Assembly (NCBI RefSeq): GCF_057098645.1
Contig: NZ_CM169472.1
DNA length: 64,000 bases
Direction: 5' to 3' (one strand)
The position numbers and the translations under genes are program-made. Under the pieces are notes generated by a model, which saw nothing but the letters and a program-made list of their open reading frames with translations, made no database searches and was not told the DNA's origin. Positions 57,265 to 64,000 of this stretch are shown in pieces (position 1 is the stretch's first letter; every line of letters begins with the position of its first letter).

Positions 57265-58287
57265 ATGTTTCAGCAGCAAAAAGACTGGGAAACAAGAGAA
57301 AACGCGTTTGCTGCTTTTACCATGGGACCGCTGACTGATTTCTGGCGTCAGCGTGATGAAGCAGAGTTTACTGGTGTGGATGACATTCCGGTGCGCTTTG
57401 TCCGTTTTCGCGCACAGCACCATGACCGGGTGGTAGTCATCTGCCCGGGGCGTATTGAGAGCTACGTAAAATATGCGGAACTGGCCTACGATTTGTTCCA
57501 TTTGGGGTTTGATGTCTTAATCATCGACCATCGCGGGCAGGGACGTTCCGGTCGCCTGTTAGCCGATCCGCATCTCGGGCATGTTAATCGCTTTAATGAT
57601 TATGTTGATGATCTGGCGGCATTCTGGCAACAGGAGGTCCAGCCCGGTCCGTGGCGTAAACGCTACATACTGGCACATTCGATGGGCGGTGCGATCTCCA
57701 CATTATTTCTGCAACGCCATCCAGGTGTATGTGACGCCATTGCGCTAACTGCGCCAATGTTTGGGATCGTGATTCGTATGCCGTCATTTATGGCACGGCA
57801 GATCCTCAACTGGGCCGAAGCGCATCCACGTTTCCGTGATGGCTATGCAATAGGCACCGGGCGCTGGCGCGCGTTGCCGTTTGCTATCAACGTACTGACC
57901 CACAGCAGACAGCGATATCGACGTAACTTACGCTTCTATGCTGATGACCCAACGATTCGCGTCGGTGGGCCGACCTACCATTGGGTACGCGAAAGTATTC
58001 TGGCTGGCGAACAGGTGTTAGCCGGTGCGGGTGATGACGCCACGCCAACGCTTCTCTTGCAGGCTGAAGAGGAACGCGTGGTGGATAACCGCATGCATGA
58101 CCGTTTTTGTGAACTCCGCACCGCCGCGGGCCATCCTGTCGAAGGAGGACGGCCGTTGGTAATTAAAGGTGCTTACCATGAGATCCTTTTTGAAAAGGAC
58201 GCAATGCGCTCAGTCGCGCTCCACGCCATCGTTGATTTTTTCAACAGGCATAACTCACCCAGCGGAAACCGCTCTACAGAGGTTTAA
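57265..58287 (+). CDS. pldB: lysophospholipase L2
   Basis: 340-aa alpha/beta-hydrolase ORF with GHSMGG nucleophile elbow. Confidence 0.93.
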   Translation: MFQQQKDWETRENAFAAFTMGPLTDFWRQRDEAEFTGVDDIPVRFVRFRAQHHDRVVVICPGRIESYVKYAELAYDLFHLGFDVLIIDHRGQGRSGRLLADPHLGHVNRFNDYVDDLAAFWQQEVQPGPWRKRYILAHSMGGAISTLFLQRHPGVCDAIALTAPMFGIVIRMPSFMARQILNWAEAHPRFRDGYAIGTGRWRALPFAINVLTHSRQRYRRNLRFYADDPTIRVGGPTYHWVRESILAGEQVLAGAGDDATPTLLLQAEEERVVDNRMHDRFCELRTAAGHPVEGGRPLVIKGAYHEILFEKDAMRSVALHAIVDFFNRHNSPSGNRSTEV

Positions 58288-58294
58288 ATTTCTT

Positions 58295-59095
58295 ATGTAC
58301 CAGGTTGTTGCGTCTGATTTAGATGGCACGTTACTTTCTCCCGACCATACGTTATCCCCTTACGCCAAAGAAACTCTGAAGCTGCTCACCGCGCGCGGCA
58401 TCAACTTTGTGTTTGCGACCGGTCGTCACCACGTTGATGTGGGGCAAATTCGCGATAATCTGGAGATTAAGTCTTACATGATTACCTCCAATGGTGCGCG
58501 CGTTCACGATCTGGATGGTAATCTGATTTTTGCTCATAACCTGGATCGCGACATTGCCAGCGATCTGTTTGGCGTAGTCAACGACAATCCGGACATCATT
58601 ACTAACGTTTATCGCGACGACGAATGGTTTATGAATCGCCATCGCCCGGAAGAGATGCGCTTTTTTAAAGAAGCGGTGTTCAAATATGCGCTGTATGAGC
58701 CTGGATTACTGGAGCCGGAAGGCGTCAGCAAAGTGTTCTTTACCTGCGATTCCCATGAACAACTGCTGCCGCTGGAGCAGGCGATTAACGCTCGCTGGGG
58801 CGATCGCGTCAACGTCAGTTTCTCTACCTTAACTTGTCTGGAAGTGATGGCGGGCGGCGTGTCGAAAGGCCATGCGCTGGAAGCGGTGGTGAAGAAACTG
58901 GGCTACAGCCTGAAGGATTGTATTGCGTTTGGTGACGGGATGAACGACGCCGAAATGCTGTCGATGGCGGGGAAAGGCTGCATTATGGGCAGTGCGCACC
59001 AGCGTCTGAAAGATCTGCATTCGGAGCTGGAAGTGATTGGTACTAATGCCGAAGACGCGGTACCGCATTATCTGCGTAAACTCTATTTATCGTAA
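58295..59095 (+). CDS. yigL: HAD-family sugar phosphatase (Cof subfamily)
   Basis: 266-aa product from ATG 58295 (MYQVVASDLDGTLL...). Confidence 0.9.
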   Translation: MYQVVASDLDGTLLSPDHTLSPYAKETLKLLTARGINFVFATGRHHVDVGQIRDNLEIKSYMITSNGARVHDLDGNLIFAHNLDRDIASDLFGVVNDNPDIITNVYRDDEWFMNRHRPEEMRFFKEAVFKYALYEPGLLEPEGVSKVFFTCDSHEQLLPLEQAINARWGDRVNVSFSTLTCLEVMAGGVSKGHALEAVVKKLGYSLKDCIAFGDGMNDAEMLSMAGKGCIMGSAHQRLKDLHSELEVIGTNAEDAVPHYLRKLYLS

Positions 59096-59170
59096 TCGTT
59101 CTTTATTTGGTCAGTTGTCAACCTGATACTTCGCTACAATGGATACTCGTTAATCAAAGAGTTTTCCATT

Positions 59171-60070
59171 GTGGCGCTACTTATCATCACCACGATTCTG
59201 TGGGCCTTCTCCTTTAGCTTTTATGGCGAGTACCTTGCGGGGCACGTCGATAGCTATTTTGCGGTGCTGGTGCGCGTTGGCCTGGCGGCACTCGTTTTTC
59301 TGCCGTTTCTGCGTACCCGTGGCAATAGCCTGAAAACAGTCGGCCTGTATATGCTGGTGGGCGCGATGCAGCTCGGCGTGATGTATATGCTGAGTTTCCG
59401 CGCTTATCTCTACCTGACGGTTTCCGAACTGCTGCTGTTCACCGTACTGACGCCGCTCTACATCACGCTGATTTATGACATCATGAGTAAGCGCCGTCTG
59501 CGCTGGGGATATGCTTTTAGTGCCTTGTTGGCGGTGATTGGTGCCGGGATTATTCGCTATGATCAGGTCACCGACCATTTCTGGACTGGCTTGTTGCTGG
59601 TGCAACTCTCCAATATCACTTTTGCCATCGGCATGGTGGGTTACAAACGCCTGATGGAAACTCGCCCGATGCCGCAGCATAACGCCTTTGCGTGGTTCTA
59701 TCTTGGCGCGTTCCTGGTGGCGGTAATTGCATGTTTCTTGCTGGGAAATGCGCAGAAAATGCCGCAAACCACGTTGCAATGGGGCATTCTGGTGTTTCTT
59801 GGCGTGGTGGCTTCCGGGATTGGCTACTTTATGTGGAACTACGGCGCAACCCAAGTAGACGCCGGAACGCTGGGCATTATGAATAATATGCACGTTCCGG
59901 CAGGGCTGCTGGTTAACCTGGCTATCTGGCACCAACAGCCGCACTGGCCAACGTTTATTACAGGCGCGCTGGTGATCCTGGCCTCACTGTGGGTGCATCG
60001 TAAGTGGGTCGCTCCGCGCTCTTCACAAACGGCAGATGATCGCAGGCGTGATTGCGCGCTGAGCGAATAA
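59171..60070 (+). CDS. yigM: EamA-family transporter (biotin uptake)
   Basis: 299-aa 10-TM ORF; 3' end overlaps the convergent metR 3' end. Confidence 0.85.
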   Translation: MALLIITTILWAFSFSFYGEYLAGHVDSYFAVLVRVGLAALVFLPFLRTRGNSLKTVGLYMLVGAMQLGVMYMLSFRAYLYLTVSELLLFTVLTPLYITLIYDIMSKRRLRWGYAFSALLAVIGAGIIRYDQVTDHFWTGLLLVQLSNITFAIGMVGYKRLMETRPMPQHNAFAWFYLGAFLVAVIACFLLGNAQKMPQTTLQWGILVFLGVVASGIGYFMWNYGATQVDAGTLGIMNNMHVPAGLLVNLAIWHQQPHWPTFITGALVILASLWVHRKWVAPRSSQTADDRRRDCALSE

Positions 60071-60911
60071 ATGCTTCTGTAATCGGCTGACGCTGCTCGC
60101 CATCGCGCACGGCGGCGTACAGCCGGCTCCACAAGCCTTCGCCCAGGGTTTTGGTCGCCACCAGATCCTGGCGCTCAAAACTCTCTACTACCCAATGTGG
60201 TAGCGCGGCAATACCCATCCGCGCGGCAACCATCTGAATCAACAATAAGGTGTTATCGATGCTTTTCAGTGACGGGCTGACGCCTGCCGGCTGAAGAAAA
60301 TGCCGCCAGACATCCAGTCGACTACGCTGCACCGGATAAATTAATAGCGTCTCGCTGGCGAGATCTTCCGGTGTAATACGCGTTTTTGCCGCCAGTGGAT
60401 GGTCAGGTGCTAACACCAGGCGTACTTCATAATCGAACATCGGCGAATAATGCAGGCCACTGCGCGGCAGGATATCGGAGGTCATCACCAGATCCAGCTC
60501 GCCCTGTTGCAACGCGGGCTGCGGGTCAAACGTCACGCCCGATTTAAAATCCATCTCTACCTGCGGCCAGTTCTTATGGAAATTTTCTAACGCGGGTGTC
60601 AGCCACTGAATACAGCTATGGCACTCAATGGCAATGCGCAGACGCGTCTGCTGCGGTTCATTGCAGGCTTGCAGTGCCTGGCTGATTTGCGGCAGCACCT
60701 GGTTTGCCAGTTGCAACAGGATTTCTCCCTGCGGTGTAAAGCGTAGCGGCTGGCTCTTACGCACAAATAGCCGGAAGCCAAGGCGTTGTTCCAGATCGCT
60801 AAACTGGTGAGACAGGGCGGATTGCGTCTGATGCAACGTCGCCGCAGCGGCTGCGAGAGAGCCGCAGTTCCGCAACGCTTGTAGCGTTTTCAGGTGTTTT
60901 ACTTCGATCAT
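59958..60911 (-). CDS. metR: LysR-family transcriptional activator MetR
   Basis: 317-aa [57 protein letters not shown]... Confidence 0.95.
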   Translation of the reverse strand: MIEVKHLKTLQALRNCGSLAAAAATLHQTQSALSHQFSDLEQRLGFRLFVRKSQPLRFTPQGEILLQLANQVLPQISQALQACNEPQQTRLRIAIECHSCIQWLTPALENFHKNWPQVEMDFKSGVTFDPQPALQQGELDLVMTSDILPRSGLHYSPMFDYEVRLVLAPDHPLAAKTRITPEDLASETLLIYPVQRSRLDVWRHFLQPAGVSPSLKSIDNTLLLIQMVAARMGIAALPHWVVESFERQDLVATKTLGEGLWSRLYAAVRDGEQRQPITEAFIRSARNHACDHLPFVKSAERPTYDAPTVRPGSPARL

Positions 60912-61146
60912 GAAAGTCCTTCACTTCGGCATGAATAATTTGCGCTTGAGGAATATACAGTAACCGCCAATTATGGATGTGTAAACATCTGGACGGCTAA
61001 AATCATTCGTCTTTTAAATTTATGGTGCGTTGGCTGCGTTTCTCCACCCCGGTCACTTACTTCAGTAAGCTCCCGGGGATGAATAAACTTGCCGCCTTCC
61101 CTAAATTCAAAATCCATAGGATTTACATATAATTAGAGGAAGAAAA

Positions 61147-63408
61147 ATGACAATATTGAATCACACCCTCGGTTTCCCTCGCGTTGGCCTGCGTCGCGAG
61201 CTGAAAAAAGCGCAAGAGAGTTATTGGGCGGGGAACTCCACGCGTGAAGAACTGCTGGCGGTAGGGCGTGAATTGCGTGCTCGTCACTGGGATCAACAAA
61301 AGCAAGCGGGTATCGACCTGCTGCCGGTGGGCGATTTTGCCTGGTACGATCATGTACTGACCACCAGTCTGCTGCTGGGTAACGTTCCAGCGCGTCATCA
61401 GAACAAAGATGGTTCGGTAGATATCGACACCCTGTTCCGTATTGGTCGTGGACGTGCGCCGACTGGCGAACCTGCGGCGGCAGCGGAAATGACCAAATGG
61501 TTTAACACCAACTATCACTACATGGTGCCGGAATTCGTTAAAGGCCAACAGTTCAAACTGACCTGGACGCAGCTGCTGGAGGAAGTGGACGAGGCGCTGG
61601 CGCTGGGCCACAACGTTAAGCCTGTGCTGCTGGGGCCGGTTACCTGGCTGTGGCTGGGGAAAGTGAAAGGTGAACAGTTTGACCGCCTTAGCCTGCTGAA
61701 CGCCATTCTGCCGGTTTATCAGCAAGTGCTGGCAGAACTGGCGAAACGCGGCATCGAGTGGGTACAGATTGATGAACCCGCGCTGGTACTGGAACTACCA
61801 CAGGCGTGGCTGGACGCATACAAACCCGCTTACGACGCGCTCCAGGGACAGGTGAAACTGCTGCTGACCACCTATTTTGAAGGCGTAACGCCAAATCTCG
61901 ACACGATTACTGCGCTGCCTGTTCAGGGGCTACATGTGGACCTTGTACATGGTAAAGATGACGTTGTTGAACTGCACAAGCGCCTGCCTTCTGACTGGCT
62001 GCTGTCTGCGGGTCTGATCAATGGTCGTAACGTCTGGCGCGCCGATCTTACCGAGAAATATGCGCAAATTAAGGACATTGTCGGCAAACGTGATTTGTGG
62101 GTGGCATCTTCCTGCTCGTTGCTGCACAGCCCCATCGACCTGAGCGTGGAAACGCGTCTTGATGCAGAAGTGAAAAGCTGGTTTGCCTTCGCCCTACAAA
62201 AATGCCATGAACTGGCACTGCTGCGCGATGCGCTGAACAGTGGTGACACGGCAGCTCTGGCAGAGTGGAGCGCCCCAATTCAGGCGCGTCGTCACTCTAC
62301 TCGTGTACATAATCCGGCGGTAGAAAAGCGTCTGGCGGCGATCACCGCCCAGGACAGCCAGCGTGCGAATGTCTATGAAGTGCGTGCTGAAGCCCAGCGT
62401 GCGCGTTTTAAACTGCCAGCGTGGCCGACCACCACGATTGGTTCCTTCCCGCAAACCACGGAAATTCGTACCCTGCGTCTGGATTTCAAAAAGGGCAATC
62501 TCGACGCCAATAACTACCGCACGGGCATTGCGGAACATATCAGGCAGGCCATTGTTGAACAGGAACGTTTGGGACTGGATGTGCTGGTACATGGCGAGGC
62601 CGAGCGTAATGACATGGTGGAATACTTTGGCGAGCACCTCGACGGGTTTGTCTTTACGCAAAACGGTTGGGTACAGAGCTACGGTTCCCGCTGCGTGAAG
62701 CCACCGATTGTTATTGGTGACGTTAGTCGCCCGGCACCGATTACCGTGGAGTGGGCGAAGTATGCGCAATCTCTGACTGATAAACCGGTGAAAGGGATGC
62801 TGACTGGCCCGGTGACCATTCTCTGCTGGTCGTTCCCGCGTGAAGATGTCAGCCGTGAAACCATCGCCAAACAAATTGCGCTGGCGCTGCGTGATGAAGT
62901 GGCGGACCTGGAAGCCGCAGGAATTGGCATCATCCAGATTGATGAACCGGCGCTGCGCGAAGGTTTACCGCTGCGTCGTAGCGACTGGGATGCATATCTC
63001 CAGTGGGGCGTGGAGGCCTTCCGTATCAACGCCGCCGTGGCGAAAGATGACACACAAATCCACACTCACATGTGTTATTGCGAGTTCAACGACATCATGG
63101 ATTCGATTGCGGCACTGGACGCAGACGTCATCACCATCGAAACCTCGCGTTCTGACATGGAGTTGCTGGAGTCGTTCGAAGAGTTTGATTATCCGAATGA
63201 AATCGGTCCAGGCGTCTATGACATTCACTCGCCAAACGTACCGAGCGTGGAATGGATTGAAGCCTTGCTGAAGAAAGCGGCAAAACGCATTCCGGCAGAG
63301 CGCCTGTGGGTCAACCCGGACTGTGGCCTGAAAACGCGCGGCTGGCCAGAAACCCGCGCGGCACTGGCGAACATGGTGCAGGCGGCGCAGAACTTGCGTC
63401 GGGGATGA
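61147..63408 (+). CDS. metE: cobalamin-independent methionine synthase
   Basis: 753-aa [33 protein letters not shown]... Confidence 0.96.
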   Translation: MTILNHTLGFPRVGLRRELKKAQESYWAGNSTREELLAVGRELRARHWDQQKQAGIDLLPVGDFAWYDHVLTTSLLLGNVPARHQNKDGSVDIDTLFRIGRGRAPTGEPAAAAEMTKWFNTNYHYMVPEFVKGQQFKLTWTQLLEEVDEALALGHNVKPVLLGPVTWLWLGKVKGEQFDRLSLLNAILPVYQQVLAELAKRGIEWVQIDEPALVLELPQAWLDAYKPAYDALQGQVKLLLTTYFEGVTPNLDTITALPVQGLHVDLVHGKDDVVELHKRLPSDWLLSAGLINGRNVWRADLTEKYAQIKDIVGKRDLWVASSCSLLHSPIDLSVETRLDAEVKSWFAFALQKCHELALLRDALNSGDTAALAEWSAPIQARRHSTRVHNPAVEKRLAAITAQDSQRANVYEVRAEAQRARFKLPAWPTTTIGSFPQTTEIRTLRLDFKKGNLDANNYRTGIAEHIRQAIVEQERLGLDVLVHGEAERNDMVEYFGEHLDGFVFTQNGWVQSYGSRCVKPPIVIGDVSRPAPITVEWAKYAQSLTDKPVKGMLTGPVTILCWSFPREDVSRETIAKQIALALRDEVADLEAAGIGIIQIDEPALREGLPLRRSDWDAYLQWGVEAFRINAAVAKDDTQIHTHMCYCEFNDIMDSIAALDADVITIETSRSDMELLESFEEFDYPNEIGPGVYDIHSPNVPSVEWIEALLKKAAKRIPAERLWVNPDCGLKTRGWPETRAALANMVQAAQNLRRG

Positions 63409-63518
63409 TGAATATTAACGAGTCACTGTAAATTGCAGTACGATGAAAGAGGCAAAACTGCCTGATACCAGGCCTACATAATTTATGCAATTTATTGAAT
63501 TTTAGGGTTTTGTTGGCT

Positions 63519-63548
63519 GGACAAGGCGTTCACGCCGCATCCGGCATG
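63519..63548. repeat. REP element downstream of metE
   Basis: ggacaaggcgttcacgccgcatccggcatg. Confidence 0.7.
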
Positions 63549-63692
63549 AACAACGCGCACTTTGCCAATAATCTGATGGCTTCCATCACCGGAAGCCATT
63601 TTGCTATCTGCGCCCGTTCAGATACAGAAATAACCGAATCATTTTTACGCAAAATATAATCCTGAGCGATTTGTTCAGTAATCAACGCTACG

Positions 63693-63968
63693 TTATTTAT
63701 TCTCACTTTTCACGAAATTGTATCCCTTTTCAGTAACGTGGTAGTGAGGCATAGACTTATGTCCGCTATCCTCAATAATAACCAAACCCTCGTTAGCTAA
63801 TTTGTTAACAATGTTAACAACATTACCGAATCCTGGAATTTGCCTTATGGATAGTGTGCGATCGAGATTCATCCAGTTCCAGTTTATATCTTTCTCAGCC
63901 ATAACTTTCAGTACGTTAATTTCAGTTTCAGTTATCATAGTCAAGTGCATCCTGGTGGTATAAGTCAT
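63693..63968 (-). CDS. small winged-helix (MarR/PadR-like) DNA-binding protein, hypothetical; AT-rich accessory ORF
   Basis: 91-aa ORF with strong RBS (aagggagaa) 8 bp before ATG 63968; abrupt drop in GC relative to metE. Confidence 0.55.
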   Translation of the reverse strand: MTYTTRMHLTMITETEINVLKVMAEKDINWNWMNLDRTLSIRQIPGFGNVVNIVNKLANEGLVIIEDSGHKSMPHYHVTEKGYNFVKSENK

Positions 63969-64000
63969 TAAGTTCTCCCTTAAGTTTATAATCTTCTAGA

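Noticed and set aside
59177-59944. 255-aa antisense ORF within yigM
   Set aside because: His/Gln/Arg-rich low-complexity translation opposite a hydrophobic transporter gene; typical shadow ORF.
61923-63228. Several antisense ORFs within metE (up to 226 aa)
   Set aside because: Shadow ORFs; metE is unambiguous.

Overview
This window is an Escherichia coli-type chromosomal backbone in conserved order: ilvC (3' end), ppiC, rep, gppA, rhlB, trxA, rhoL-rho, the complete 12-gene enterobacterial common antigen cluster (wecA to wecG), yifK, a four-tRNA operon (Arg-His-Leu-Pro), aslB/aslA, the sRNA glmZ, hemYXDC, cyaA, cyaY, yifL, dapF, yigA, xerC, yigB, uvrD, yigE, corA, rarD, yigI, pldA, recQ, rhtC/rhtB, pldB, yigL, yigM, metR, metE. 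Superimposed on it are several small AT-rich accessory insertions that I do not recall at these positions in the K-12 reference map: (1) a complete IS2 with a 5-bp target duplication, inserted just upstream of an orphan PemK/MazF-like toxin ORF and 168 bp upstream of rep; (2) a translationally coupled pair of secreted paralogs with DKNYY-like repeats between cyaY and yifL; (3) a signal-peptide-bearing SAM hydroxide adenosyltransferase (DUF62) homolog between uvrD and yigE; (4) a 1.6-kb islet at the 3' end of corA, bracketed by a ~140-bp imperfect direct repeat of the corA terminus and carrying a two-gene cassette, one gene broken at an A6 run; (5) a small winged-helix ORF after metE at the window edge. 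The corA islet and the DKNYY pair are the best candidates for an undescribed system. All calls are from reading the sequence and ORF track; no database search was run, and coordinates of RNA and hairpin features are approximate to a few bases.
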